63,391 nt of DNA, filler included, from Octopus bimaculoides (GCF_001194135.2; 7 parts of 7 records of this genome joined end to end with filler, not necessarily neighbours in it), one strand, 5' to 3'; shown: positions 24,823 to 38,606, numbered from the whole stretch's first letter. Notes: a model not told the origin generated them from the letters alone. Numbers and translations: made by a program.

Positions 24823-25518
24823 CAACAGCAACTGCAAAAACATCTGCATCAATCAACAACAGCAATGATACTAACACCACAGGAAGAAAGCTAATGCACA
24901 ACGAAGACAAAAATAATGTTAAAATGGAAGGATTCCAAAGCGACACATTATTTTTCTTTCCATTTCTTTTAAAACGATGTTTAAAATCACATTTGACCAA
25001 ATTTGGATGCTAGCCAATAGTTTCCTTCCTTGTTTTCCTTTCCAAATGCTGTTAAACTTGTATTTTCTTCACCGGGGACACTTATTTTTCTTGTAAAATT
25101 TTCTTGTCTTCAATTCAACTGTGCATATAACGTCATCAACACATCAAAAGAGTGTTGCAAATCGTTCATAGATTGGCACATAACGTTAAGTTTCATTCTG
25201 TAACTCGAGATTGGAATTGTATTAAAGCTTCTGATGATCAAATACGTGTGCCAACGAACTAGGTAATGTAACAAACTACCATTTTATTGACACGCAGACA
25301 CTTCGGGAGGTGCACACACACGGAAACTTGTACATGCAAATATATAAGTTTGAAATACATACATGAAAATATATGTATATACATATATACATACATACAT
25401 ACATACACACACACACACTCACAGATATTCATATATATAGATATACATATATCTATATATATGTGTGTGTGTATACACACACGCTTATATATATATACAT
25501 GAATATGTATATGTATAT

Positions 25519-25553
<35 letters not shown>

Positions 25554-25615
25554 TGACCGTTGACTGGACACTATTCAATTTTTTTTTCTCCGTGTTTTTC
25601 TCCTTGTCTCCGTAT

Positions 25616-25652
25616 TCTTTCTGTTGAAGAGCGTAGCTCGAAACGTCAAAGA
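25616..25652 (+). ncRNA. Degenerate minimal type-I hammerhead ribozyme motif in a Penelope-like terminal repeat
   Basis: tcttt-CTGTTGA-A-GAGC gta GCTC-GAAA-C-GTC-aaaga: 5-bp stem I, 4-bp stem II, GUC site. One core substitution (A6). Confidence 0.55.
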
Positions 25653-26186
25653 CTTTCCGTATTCCCGAGCGTCATACTAATACATCCTTTTGTTATTTAC
25701 ACCACCTGTCCTCGTCTGTTGTTGTTTNNNNNNNNNNNNNNNNNNNNNNNNNNNNNNNNNNNNNNNNNNNNNNNNNNNNNNNNNNNNNNNNNNNNNNNNN
25801 NNNNNNNNNNNNNNNNNNNNNNNNNNNNNNNNNNNNNNNNNNNNNNNNNNNNNNNNNNNNNNNNNNNNNNNNNNNNNNNNNNNNNNNNNNNNNNNNNNNN
25901 NNNNNNNNNNNNNNNNNNNNNNNNNNNNNNNNNNNNNNNNNNNNNNNNNNNNNNNNNNNNNNNNNNNNNNNNNNNNNNNNNNNNNNNNNNNNNNNNNNNN
26001 NNNNNNNNNNNNNNNNNNNNNNNNNNNNNNNNNNNNNNNNNNNNNNNNNNNNNNNNNNNNNNNNNNNNNNNNNNNNNNNNNNNNNNNNNNNNNNNNNNNN
26101 NNNNNNNNNNNNNNNNNNNNNNNNNNNNNNNNNNNNNNNNNNNNNNNNNNNNNNNNNNNNNNNNNNNNNNNNNNNNNNNNNNNNNN

Positions 26187-26227
<41 letters not shown>

Positions 26228-27106
26228 GTATGTGTGTGTGTGTCTGTGTGTATGTACATATTTACACACACACACTCACACACACACACACACACACACA
26301 CATATGCGTGTTTTCTGTGTACATGTATAGAATATGTTTAGCAACGAATTGACCAAATCATATGAAACTGAAGGAACAACTCACATAACATGCATTCAAA
26401 TCTGCCAGCGACGTTTCTTTCTATTGCTGGATATTCCGGCTTAATGTACATTAGCTCAGCTTGCAATTCCTTGGGGGAATGTTCTTCAGCGAAAAACTGT
26501 CATCACATCCAGGAGTGGAGCGTTTATCTGCAATTTGCGCTAAGTAGATTATGGATATAGCCATAATTTTAGTAGATTACTGTTAGATTTTACTGCCTTT
26601 CGCGTATTTATTTAAGATATCCTGTCTCCCAGCTTAATATCTGCATATAGATGTGTTGTCGGATATTTTTGTAGTGGTGGTTATTGGTTTTCTGTCACCG
26701 GTTATTCAACCCTTAAGTCTGTTTAGTCGGTACATACGATGAATGCGAATATATATGCATGGACACACACATGGCGATTTGCTAAATAAAAATGTTCCAT
26801 AAAATGAATACTGGAATCAATACAGTAAACGTATAACCCGCTAAGAAACTTTTGTAAGCAGTACTGACTCCCTCACCAAGTGATGAGACCAGTAACGAGT
26901 CTTACATGTAATGGGTTGATTACCAAGAAATTTCGAAGTGTGTACTTAAACTCGAGTCCTAAGAAAGGAAGCTATGTGACCGTAGCTATTTTTAACTTTT
27001 AGTTGAGTCATGCATTGAACTACGAGCAGGCTGTGGTGCTGGTTTGAAGGGTTAAGTAAAAATAAAGATAAGAAAATGATTCCAGTAGTTATCATTTTAA
27101 AGTCTA

Positions 27107-27149
<43 letters not shown>

Positions 27150-27529
27150 NNNNNNNNNNNNNNNNNNNNNNNNNNNNNNNNNNNNNNNNNNNNNNNNNNN
27201 NNNNNNNNNNNNNNNNNNNNNNNNNNNNNNNNNNNNNNNNNNNNNNNNNNNNNNNNNNNNNNNNNNNNNNNNNNNNNNNNNNNNNNNNNNNNNNNNNNNN
27301 NNNNNNNNNNNNNNNNNNNNNNNNNNNNNNNNNNNNNNNNNNNNNNNNNNNNNNNNNNNNNNNNNNNNNNNNNNNNNNNNNNNNNNNNNNNNNNNNNNNN
27401 NNNNNNNNNNNNNNNNNNNNNNNNNNNNNNNNNNNNNNNNNNNNNNNNNNNNNNNNNNNNNNTTTAAATTACGTCAGAAAAATGTTATAAAATCTTTTTG
27501 GTATATAAACATTGTATTTGGAGAAATAA

Positions 27530-27905
27530 CCGGTTTCGCGTTGTCTTTTCAAATTTCTGGCATGTTTATGTCCCCGTAACTTAGCTGTTCGGGAAAGGGG
27601 TAGGGTAGGGTAAGTACTACGCTTAATAAATATGTCCTGGGGTCGATTTATTCGACTAAAATTTTTCTCAAGGTAGTTCTCCAGTATGGTCGCAGTCACA
27701 TGACCGAAACAAGTGAAAGAATAAAAAAAATACATATATATACGCGAACTACGAACAGCATGCAGTTTCCTCCTATCAAATTCTTTCACAAGGCATTGGT
27801 TGGCCTGCAGTTACAGTACAAGGCACTTTGTAAGGTACCGTGTAGCGGGGTTGAACCTGAATCCAGGTGATTATAAAGCAAGCTTCTTAACTACGCAGCT
27901 ATGCC
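27530..27905. mobile_element. Family A SINE 3' half (+, ~27530-27722) next to a 5' half (-, ~27765-27905)
   Basis: Matches to the 32053 copy in opposite orientations. Confidence 0.7.
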
Positions 27906-28619
27906 TGTATATAAATTATATTTCATTGATTCACATCCGAAATTAAAGCGGTTTGCATTTTATAAGATGCTCTTAAATTTCTCTGTCGATTTTTATTACA
28001 TTTGACTATTATATTAAAAGTAATTGCATTCTACCTTTGATCAAAATATACGAAAATCTTTTTTTCTCAACAAGATTGAAGAAAGCGCTAAGTTTAAAAA
28101 TAAATCTTGTTATCGCTTCCATTGTTTTTAATTAACGAGGTCCTTTCTAGTGAGGAAATTAGTCTAATGGCGACATAGTGTAAACGCGAAGTAAACCCCT
28201 AACCCATGGAAAATAAGTTCATTCAAATAGGTATGAATTTATTGACTGTTGAATGAACGCAAAACAAAGTAACCCATAGTTGCTTTAGGAATCTTGTGTC
28301 ATCTCCTGGGGCATTATGAAAATTTCCGTTACACTCGTAATTAAGAGCGTTGAGGATGCTCTCACCAATCCGCCATCACCTTCGTTACACATACATGAAC
28401 ACATTATATGTATGTATGTATATATATTTTACGTTTTAATGCTTCTTTTATTTTTCGCTAGTTATAAAGAAGTTAATTAAATGCTACAATCAGGAATTAA
28501 TTTGGCCATTTGTATTCATTACCGAATTTCATTGTCAACACTTGATCTTAAAAGAGGTTAATTAGCATTTGAGAAATAGATGTGTTGTATGTGTTGTGAT
28601 TAAATAGAAACGTGTATTC

Positions 28620-28641
28620 ATTATTTTTATTATGATTATTA

Positions 28642-28724
<83 letters not shown>

Positions 28725-28892
28725 TCAATTTATTTTGGATTACATAACAGCCTATTCTTCTAACCAAAAGTTCAGAAGTTGGTTAATTAAGTTCCTCGGC
28801 AGTTGACATTTGGAGTTTCTGGCTCCAGTATACCGTTCATCATGTTAATCTAATTATAACCATTAAAATTACTGGAATAGAAAATAACAATG

Positions 28893-28945
<53 letters not shown>

Positions 28946-28951
28946 AATAGA

Positions 28952-29025
<74 letters not shown>

Positions 29026-29050
29026 TAATAATAATAATAATAATAATAGA

Positions 29051-29081
<31 letters not shown>

Positions 29082-29131
29082 TCATCATCCTCATCATCAT
29101 CATTATTATTATTATCTTTATTATTATTGTA

Positions 29132-29183
<52 letters not shown>

Positions 29184-29190
29184 GTGATAA
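28620..29190. repeat. (ATT)n and long imperfect (AAT)n microsatellites
   Basis: Directly visible. Source of the poly-Leu and poly-Ile ORFs. Confidence 0.95.
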
Positions 29191-29204
29191 TAAAATTAGT
29201 TTAA

Positions 29205-29360
29205 AATTTTGGCACAAGGCTAACAATTTCGGGAGAGGTGTTAAGTCGATTAAATAGCCACCCACACTTGCTCAACTTACTTTATCGGCCCCTTAAAGAC
29301 GGACGAAATGCTGCTAAGCCTCCTCCCCGGCGTGCTAACAATTCTACCAGCTCGCCGCCT
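29205..29360 (-). mobile_element. SINE family B, internally deleted
   Basis: Head and tail motifs on the reverse strand. Confidence 0.7.
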
Positions 29361-30053
29361 CACAAATATCGTAATGCTGCAAAGAGAATAATGCACACAG
29401 GTACCAGTGATATCCAAGAAGAACTGTAGGATGAGACTGCTATTAGTAACAGGGAGGTATATGTAGTTGGAAAGAAACATGTAAATACTTCTATGGATTT
29501 TGAGTAAATTTTTCTCATTTGTACAGACACACACACGAATATACGTGACTGTGACCTCGAAGCTTCCATGTGCTGGCCTTCGACAAACTACACATAAACA
29601 CTCACATTCACAAAAAACATAGACATTATCGTCTAAGAATCCGTAAGGCGGGAGAAAGAGGAACTTATATACTCGTAGTAAATTGAGTGAATTTCTGCGT
29701 ATGTGTGTGCGTACGTATGTGTTTCACAATCTCAGACTGCTCGAGTGTCGTCTGATGGCTGATAGGTCATTGGTAGGTATACACACTCACACATACACAC
29801 AGAATTTGTGAGTGCGAGAGAAACACATGACGCTTGATCAGTGATTCGAAGGACTAGTGTTTTGTGTTAAGGTACTTATCCCGTCACTATCTAATTTTTA
29901 ACGCGAACCTTTAAGTCATCGACCCATTGCTAAATCTAATAAGTAAGGTGGTGNNNNNNNNNNNNNNNNNNNNNNNNNNNNNNNNNNNNNNNNNNNNTTA
30001 ATTAATTAANNNNNNNNNNNNNNNNNNNNNNNNNNNNNNNNNNNNNNNNNNNN

Positions 30054-30927
30054 ACAAGACCTGTCAAAAAGATGGATGAATCTAGTATAGTTTCAATGTC
30101 TATCTACCAATAGCATAGGCCCTCAAAAATATCGGGTTGGTCTCCAACATGCTGGAAGGCCACTGGTAACGAGGTTCCCCTTAGCTTCTGCTAAAGCATG
30201 TCTCTAAGAGAAGGTCACTCTGATATAAAAACCAGATATGCAAGGAATAACATTTGACATTGTGGAGATTGTTTGCATGCACTTGAGACCATGGTACTCC
30301 CACATTCCTGAACCTGTAACCCATCTGTGTCACAGATATGACATAAGGAAACAATGTAATTATTTTGGTTTCTATCATTGATGTAAATTTGTTAAAAATG
30401 GTTTATCCTTTATGTTTGAAATCTATNNNNNNNNNNTCGGCAAAAGAGACCGATAGAATAAGTACTAGGCTTCCAAAGAAAAAGTCATGGGGTCGATTTG
30501 CTTGACTAAAGGCGGTGCTCCGGCATGGCTGCAGTCAAATGACTGAAACATGTAAAAGAGTAAAAGAGAGTAAGAGGACTAAAAACAAGACCTGTCAAAA
30601 AGATGGATGAATCTAGTATAGTTTCAATGTCTATCTACCAATAGCATAGGCCCTCAAAAATATCGGGTTGGTCTCCAACATGCTGGAAGGCCACTGGTAA
30701 CGAGGTTCCCCTTAGCTTCTGCTAAAGCATGTCTCTAAGAGAAGGTCACTCTGATATAAAAACCAGATATGCAAGGAATAACATTTGACATTGTGGAGAT
30801 TGTTTGCATGCACTTGAGACCATGGTACTCCCANNNNNNNNNNACATAAGGAAACAATGTAATTATTTTGGTTTCTATCATTGATGTAAATTTGTTAAAA
30901 ATGGTTTATCCTTTATGTTTGAAATCT
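30054..30927. other. Identical ~370-bp duplication around 10-N gaps (probable assembly artefact)
   Basis: 30054-30426 recurs apparently base for base from 30585. Confidence 0.8.
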
Positions 30928-31347
30928 ATATGGTCATCTGCGTCTGAAGAGAGCAGTTTCTTTCAAATTGATGTAATGTTTTCATTGATGAATTAAATGG
31001 AGCCACTTGAAATGGCCATGCATATATGCATATATAATGCATGTATGTATATATATGTGTGTGTATTATATATATATATATATATGTATATTATATATAT
31101 ACACACACACACACACATATATATAAATATACATATATATACATATATGTATATATACATCTATATATTACACACACACACACATATATATGCACACACA
31201 TGCATATATACATACATATACATACATCCATATATATATATATATATATATATAGTCAATCCAAATAAGAACAAGCGAGAAAAAACAACGCGAGGACATG
31301 GTACAAGTACAGTGTTATTGGACGCTTAGGAAAGGAAAGAAAAGAAA

Positions 31348-31384
31348 GATTTCACGTTTCGAGCGGAGATCTTCATCAGAAATA
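31348..31384 (-). ncRNA. Degenerate minimal hammerhead motif, same Penelope-like repeat family as 25.6 kb
   Basis: attt-CTGATGA-A-GATC tcc GCTC-GAAA-C-GTG-aaat. The core is intact, but the cleavage triplet reads GUG and stem II has a mismatch. Confidence 0.5.
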
Positions 31385-31977
31385 CAGAAAAAGTCCAAAG
31401 AAGGGAAAACGGAGAAAGGAAATCGCCAACGATACACATTCGATCACATATTGAAATGACAGGATGAGTGTCACTGGCATGCAAGTGGTGTCCTTTGTTT
31501 CCAGTTTCCATGGAAATATACCTGTCATGAGTAAATATCACCTTATGTGGAAACAAGTTGAAGGTTGGCAATAGGAAGGGCATTTGGCTGTAGAAAATCC
31601 TCCTCAATAAATTCCATCCTCCCTACACAAGCATGGAATATTGGAAATTAAAATAATGATGATCACAACAAGCTTGTTGATCTTGATGATCGTGGTGATG
31701 ATGATGATGGTAACAGTTGTTTGGTTTTATGTATAATGATACTGTTGTTCTTGACTTTTCTTTCTACATAAATTTGATTTAACGATGTAATATAACAAAT
31801 AAATGTAAAGGATATTCGTCAGTGAAAATTATATCACAACTACAAGACTCAAAACCTAATATGAAAGAAACCAAGAAGCAAACCTCTACCTGTCATTCAA
31901 CTTTCTAGAAACAACAGCCAAATTTCACCCAAATTATCACATCCAACTCAGTAACTACCCATAATGATATTGCTTAA

Positions 31978-32619
31978 CCCTTTACCATTCAGATTACTCC
32001 GTCAAATGTAACATTTATATAGTCACATTATTTTGAATTAATCATACACTATAGGCATAGGAGTGGCTGTGTGGTAAGTAGCTTGCCTACCAACCACATG
32101 GTTCTAGGTTCAGTCCCACTGCGTGGCATCTTGGGCAAGTGTCTTCTACTATAGCCTCGGGCCGACCAAAGCCTTGTGAGTGGATTTGGTAGACGGAAAC
32201 TGAAAGAAGCCCGTCGTATATATGTACATATATATATGTGTGTGTGTGTGTATGTTTGAGTGTCTGTGTTTGTCCCCCCTAGCATTGCTTGACAACCGAT
32301 GCTGGTGTGTTTATGTCCCCATAACTTAGCGGTTCGGCAACAGAGACCGATAGAATAAGTACTAGGCTTACAAAGAATAAGTCCTGGGGTCGATTTGCTC
32401 GACTAAAGGTGGTGCTCCAGCATGGCCACAGTCAAATGACTGAAACAAGTAAAAGAGTAAAGAGTAAAGAGTATCTCACAACTTAAAGATTTTGATGACA
32501 TGATCTTTTATTTTTTAAATGACATTGTAGGATATGTGCAAGAAGCTGGATCTGGTCAGTTTGAATATAAAATCAGTGGAATATTTCGGCCTCATATGGC
32601 TAGTTTAAATGCTAAAAGG
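31978..32619. mobile_element. piggyBac-like MITE (TTAA TSD, CCCTT termini) interrupted by a family A SINE
   Basis: TTAA at 31974-31977 and 32620-32623. The flanking halves match the reverse complement of 34398-34610. Confidence 0.75.
32053..32472 (+). mobile_element. SINE family A, full-length reference copy
   Basis: A-box tggctgtgtgg, B-box ggttcagtcc, CORE-like cttgggcaagtgtctt, internal (AT)/(GT) tract, (aaagagt)n tail. Confidence 0.9.
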
Positions 32620-33926
32620 TTAAATACCCACTTAGTGGTGTAACATGATTTGTATGAAATGGAACTTGTTGTGCTGGCTCTGAAATCTATTGGAAATCGA
32701 TAAACTTTAAAGTGAATGCACCACACTGGTAACACAAGGTAAGACACAGTATTAACTTGTAAAGTTTTAATATACTTGGTAGTTTATTATGGTTTCAAAA
32801 CGAAATATTGCATCCTTGCCAGCAATTAACATTAAATAATGTAATCCTAGATGTTCTTAAAGTGACAAGATGGCCACAGCTGTATAGCTGGAATATCTTT
32901 CATCATCTGCTCAGTCAGAGTTGCCCTGAGGCTAAGCAACTGCCTAAACAAGTTTTCAGGTCTTTGCCTTTCATTTAAGAGTCTGTTAGAAATAACTACT
33001 AAATCTCCCTCGAAGAACATACCTCTCTCTCTCTCTCTTCCTTAGAGGGCACAATACATTAGAATTGTCCATTCAGTGTAGCAATTAAAGTTTCCTAAAA
33101 ACTTTTCTATAAACTAACTATTGCTGCCACTGATTATCAGATTTTACTGTTATTGACAAATAAAAGCTGACGTGTTAGAGACCAGAGAATGAATGACTTT
33201 AAAATAAATCAATAAACAATAGATAAATCAGCCCAAAAGGATGACTGCTGAGTTGTACTGTATTTATCTAAGTAAAGTCATGTTCATATGTAATCTATAT
33301 GTTATCAAGTTCAAAAGTTGTATTTAGTAAAATAGGCAAATTTTGACATCTTAAATAACTTCAATCAATTCTACCAACATTACCAATACGATCTTAACCC
33401 TAACCCTAATTTGACAATCATAAACTGTTCTATTTAGTTTTAACAATCACAGAGTTGCTTAAAAGAATTTTGACCCATTAGTCATCAAAATCTAAACCTT
33501 TTCTAAAAGGTTAGATCTGTGATCTATTCCAATATCAAAGGTGGCTATAGATTGGAACCTGTAGTCATCATTATAGTGTAAGAGGTAAACTTACAGTAGG
33601 TTAATACTACAGTTACAGTTTCAATTCTCGATTACCTTTAGGTATCAAAATTATATTTTGATCTCTTAAATATTTAGTCAGATAGGTAAGGTAAAGGATT
33701 TAGAGAAAAGAATAGGAAAAAGAAAAAGAATTCAATAAATAAATAAACAAAATAAATAGATCTGTACATTCTCTCAATTATGTAGATTGAACCAGAGAAC
33801 ACTGATGCTCTCTTCTAAAAATTTTTGAGGACACTCCAAAACACTCACAGCATCATTATTCCAGGTGACTGTAAGACTTAGACTACATACCTGACAAGCA
33901 CCCTTCTGAACATTATGAACATTATC

Positions 33927-34298
33927 AATGGCCCAGTGGTTAGGGCAGCGGACTCGCGGTCATAGGATCGCGGTTTCGGTTCCCAGACCGGGCGTTGTGA
34001 GTGTTTATTAAGCAAAAACACCTAAAGCTCCACGAAGCTCTGGCAGGGTATGGTGGCGAACCTGCTGTACTCTTTCATCACAACTTTCTCTCACTATTTT
34101 TTCCTGTTTCTGTTGTGCCTGTAATTCAAAGGGTCAGCCTTGTCACACTGTGTCACGCTGAATATCCCCGAGAACTACGTTAAGAGTACACGTGTCTGTG
34201 GAGTGCTCAGCCACTTGCACATTAATTTCACGAGCAGGCTGTTCCATTGATCAGATCAACTGGAACCCTTGACGTCGTAAGCGACGAAATGCCAACAA
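33927..34298 (+). mobile_element. SINE family C (tRNA-derived), full-length
   Basis: A-box tggcccagtgg, B-box gtttcggttcc. The 3' body is shared with the reverse copy at 52727-52963. Confidence 0.85.
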
Positions 34299-34397
34299 TA
34301 GCTTTGTACTGGTTTTAAGATTTCAGCAAAAAACAAAATAACATGATTTACAAAACTAAACACTAATAAAAAAAATAAAAGGGAGACTTGTAATTAA

Positions 34398-34610
34398 CCC
34401 TTTAGCATTAAATCTGGCCATATCCGACCAAAATATTTGACCTGTTTTATATTCAAAATGGCCAGATCCAGCCTTGCACACCTACCCTACAATGTCATTC
34501 AAGAAATAAGCAATCACATCATCAAAATATCGTTGTTATGAGATAATGCATGATTCATTCAACCAATAAATAAGCATTACATTCCACAGAGTTATCTGAA
34601 TGCAGAAGGG
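34398..34610. mobile_element. piggyBac-like MITE, 213 bp
   Basis: TTAA TSD at 34394-34397 and 34611-34614; TIRs ccctttagcatt / aatgcagaaggg. An empty paralogous site is present at 35281-35284. Confidence 0.85.
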
Positions 34611-35756
34611 TTAAATCATTATTTCTCATTTTTGGTACAAGGCAAGCAATTTTGAGGGAATGGGAAGTTGATTACAACCCAATGCTCGGGATTGATAAAA
34701 TAATGTCCAGTATTTTATCAACCCCAAAAAGAGGAAAGGCAAAATTGACCTTGGCAATATTTGAACTCAAATGTAAAGATAGAAGAAATGCTTCTAAGAA
34801 AACAAAAAGCGTTTCTATGTCGTTTTCGTTTCAGCTGTTCCAAATATGCTGCTAATGTCTTTGGAGGAAACATGAACTGAACTTCCTACTCTCTTTCCTA
34901 AGTTATGGAGCATTTTCAGACTACTCAAGAGACTAATAAATTGATTTCTCCCATTGGCACAAGGCCACGAAGAATTGGACAAATATAATTATTTTATTGG
35001 GGTTAATTTTATTTATTAAAGGTAGACAATCGAAGTAGGTTCACGCGTGATTTCATCTCACGAAAGATATCAATAAATAAATTCATGATTATCTCCCTTA
35101 TACTGCCGGTTTGAATCTAATATAAAGGGACGATAATATTGGTTTAGAAACCATAGATTTTTCATAGCAAGTTCTTGATCTAATATCTTTGTGGTATTCA
35201 GGTACTGGTTTTAATATTTCAGTAAAAACCAAAATAACATGATTTACAACACAAAATAGTAATAAAAATGAGATCTGTAATTAAGTCATTCTTTTTCATT
35301 TTTGGTACAAAGCCGGCAATTTTGAGGAAAGTGGGAAGTTGATTACAATCTAATAATCAACTGATACTTTATTTTATCAATCCGAAAAAGAAGAAAGGCA
35401 AAGTCGACCTTGGTAACAGTTGAACTCAAATGTCCAGCATACTAACAATTCTACCAGCTTGCCACCCTCTCTAATGAAATAAAAAAATATAGTAACAAGC
35501 ACACTTCCTTAATTATATAGAAGAATACCAAAAGAAACTAGCATTCTCTTTTAAATTACCTCAATTTTCATTAATTTTCAGTCATCACAGAGTAGAACTT
35601 ACAAACCATTTAAAAGAGTGTTAATTTCTTAAAAGTGACGACTGTTGCTGAAGATCTGATGCTCAAGGACATATTATCACTTACCTTTTATTTGTTTCGG
35701 TCATTAGACTGTGACCATGCTGGAGCACTGCATTGAGAAATTTTAATTAAGCGCAT

Positions 35757-35900
35757 AGGAAGGGCATCCAGCTGTAGAAACTCTGCCAAATCAGACTGGA
35801 GCCTGGTGTTGCCATCCGGTTTCACCAGTCCTCAGTCAAATCGTCCAACCCATGCTAGCATGGAAAGCGGACGTTAAACGATGATGATGATGATGATGAT
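35757..35900 (+). mobile_element. RTE LINE 3' UTR end with (GAT)n tail
   Basis: ...gcatggaaagcggacgttaaacgatgatgat; the same family is in reverse at 37795 and 46590. Confidence 0.8.
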
Positions 35901-36381
35901 CAACCATAAGACTTATTTTCTTTAAGCTTGGTATTTATTCTATCAGTATCTTTTGCTAAACTGCAAGGTTACAGGGATAGAAATAAACCAAGACACACAT
36001 ACACACACACATATGCACAGATATGTATGTGTGCGTGTGTGTATAAAGTTCATGTTCAATTAAATGAAGGAAAAAAATGGAGAGTTAAGATAATAATAAT
36101 TAATTATTATTAAAAAATTGGTAATCTTTACTTCTTACAGCCACTTCCATTAGTGTTAAAAAGGTAAATTACAAATTTATGCTTTAAATTTGCATTTATA
36201 TATTATGATCATAATTTCATCAGAGAAAGATATACATTAAGATATGACATGTGGATCTTGCATGGACCTTACATACCAACTGATTTAAAGAAATTTCATT
36301 TCTCAAAATTACTAGATATAAAACCAGTATTTCCTTGGATGCCACCATCCCTTTATGAGGTTAACTTATCCTCTAAGCAAC

Positions 36382-36412
<31 letters not shown>

Positions 36413-36954
36413 NNNNNNNNNNNNNNNNNNNNNNNNNNNNNNNNNNNNNNNNNNNNTTAATTAATTAANNNNNNNNNNNNNNNNNNNNNNNNNNNNNNNN
36501 NNNNNNNNNNNNTATGTGTATGTTGTTGTCACATATCACGTATGTGTAATTGTGTATGTTTTTACGTTTCTATGTTATGAAAAATATGCTAGAGGTAGAG
36601 GAAAAGTATTAAATGAGAGAGAGGAAGAAGTAAGAGTTTAAAGGTAAACCAAGTTAATCTATGACTATCTATGTATCACCTTCTCTCTCTCTCTCTCTCC
36701 CTCTTATTCTCTATAAGAACGCCGATACAGGGAGAAGGGAAGGAATATAAAAGTTGCTAGAAACGACAGCCAAATCTCCCTTAAATCACACAAAGTAAAC
36801 GGAATTTTAAAAATCTAATTACTGCACTGGAAAGTTCAGATCGAGAAAATTCCATTGATGTAAAAATTTTTACGAAAAAGTGGAAAATGTGGATTTCTAT
36901 AAACTTTCAAAAAGGCTTCACACAGACACACAACTTCAGCTTTATATATTAAGA

Positions 36955-37135
36955 TGACGACAAAAAACAGTCCTCCATACTCTACCAACATGCCAAGGAC
37001 CAACATGGAGGCAACCTGGGTCAACTAGACATCCACATTTTATACAAGCACCCAAAGGACCCAACCCTCAGACAAATACAGGAGTACGTCCTCATAAATG
37101 AAACCTCCCCAGTACTAAATAGGAGATATACATAG
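36955..37135 (+). mobile_element. Penelope-like GIY-YIG endonuclease C-terminal fragment
   Basis: KQSSILYQHAKDQHGGNLGQLDIHILYKHPKDPTLRQIQEYVLINETSPVLNRR* ~ PLE pattern S.L..H....H......F.IL......R...E...I....P.LN. Confidence 0.65.
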
Positions 37136-37794
37136 TAGGTAATCATACCCCATACCCACAGTTTCTATTTATATACAGGTAGAATAGTTAATGGGCTGTT
37201 ATGTAGAAGTGTGTGTGTATACGTATATGCACATTTATGTAGGCAAATGGATAAACAGATAGACATACAGGTGGATAGGTATATAGGTAATATGAACAGA
37301 CAAGCAGACATATGCAAATGAAGACTTAAACACATGACCATATACTCACACACTTCACTACACACAAGGACACATATGGAGACACACATCCACACATATA
37401 GACACAGTACATATCACAAAAGCCCATACACAGACACACTCAGACATGTACACACAAGGAGACAGAGGTACACACACATACACACATAAAACACAAACAT
37501 GAACACACAAACAAAAAGAACGCAGCTCAGATAGCAGATAAAGTCAATGCCTATTGAAAAGGTTGCAAGATGCAACGAAAATTTTAGGAAAAATAAATAA
37601 GTGGAAACTTTACTGGTGAGTATGTTAAATTATAAGGCACTGAAAGAGAATAACTCTCCCTGGCACAATAATATATATATATATATATATCATATATACA
37701 CATACACACATATATCATATATATACATACATACATATATCATATATATATACACATACATACGTATATCATATATACACATACATACATCATT

Positions 37795-38606
37795 GTTTAA
37801 CATCTGCTTTCCATTCTAGCATGGGTTGGACGATTTGACTGAGGACTGGCGAACCAGATGGCTGCACCAAGCTCCAATATGATCTGGCAGAGTTTCTACA
37901 GCTGGAAGCTTTTTCTAATGCCAACCACTCTGAGAGTGTAGTGGATGCTTTTACGTGCCACCAGTATGAGGGCCAGTCAGGCGGTATTGGCAATGGCCAC
38001 GCTCAAATGGTATTTTTTTACATGCCACCTGCACAGGAGTGATTCCAGTGGCACTGGCAACAACCTCGCTTGAATGTTTTGTTCACGTGCTACCGGCACA
38101 GGAGTCAGTCCAGCGACACTGGCAACAACCTCGCTCGAATATTTTGTTCACGTGCCACCGGCACAAGTGCCAGTAGGGCAACGCTGGTAATGATCGCACT
38201 CAAATGGTACTTTTTACATGCCACCGGCATGGAAGCCAGACAGCTGCTCTGGCAATGATCCCGCTCAGATGGTGCTGTTAGCACTCCACTGGCACAGGTG
38301 CCAGTCATCGAATTTAGTTCAATTTCGATTTCACTTGCCCCAACAGGTCTTCGCAAGCAGAGTTTAGTGTCCAATGAAGGAAAGGTATGCATAAGTGGGC
38401 TGGCTACACCCCTGGTAAAGGCCACGGGTTATGGTCTCACTTGTCTTGCCGGCTCTTCTTATGCACAGCATATTTCCAAAGGTCTCGGTCACTAGTCATT
38501 GCCTCGGTGAGGCCTAATGTTCGAAGATCATGATTTACCACCTCATCTCAGGTCTTCCTGGGTCTACCTCTTCCAGAGGTTTCCTCAACTGCTAGGGTGT
38601 GGCACT
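37795..38606 (-). mobile_element. RTE LINE 3' end (ORF C-terminus plus 3' UTR)
   Basis: CHTLAVEETSGRGRPRKT*DEVVNHDLRTLGLTEAMTSDRDLWKYAV, same family as 50800-51195. Confidence 0.85.

Noticed and set aside
30054-30927. Apparent recent 530-bp-period tandem duplication
   Set aside because: Identical copies bounded by placeholder gaps; most likely an assembly artefact.
33395-33412. Telomere-like taaccctaaccctaa (also ~43975)
   Set aside because: Only about two units; not an interstitial telomere array.
33927-33995. tRNA gene
   Set aside because: It has A and B boxes, but it continues into a repeat body shared with 52727-52963, so it is a SINE head.
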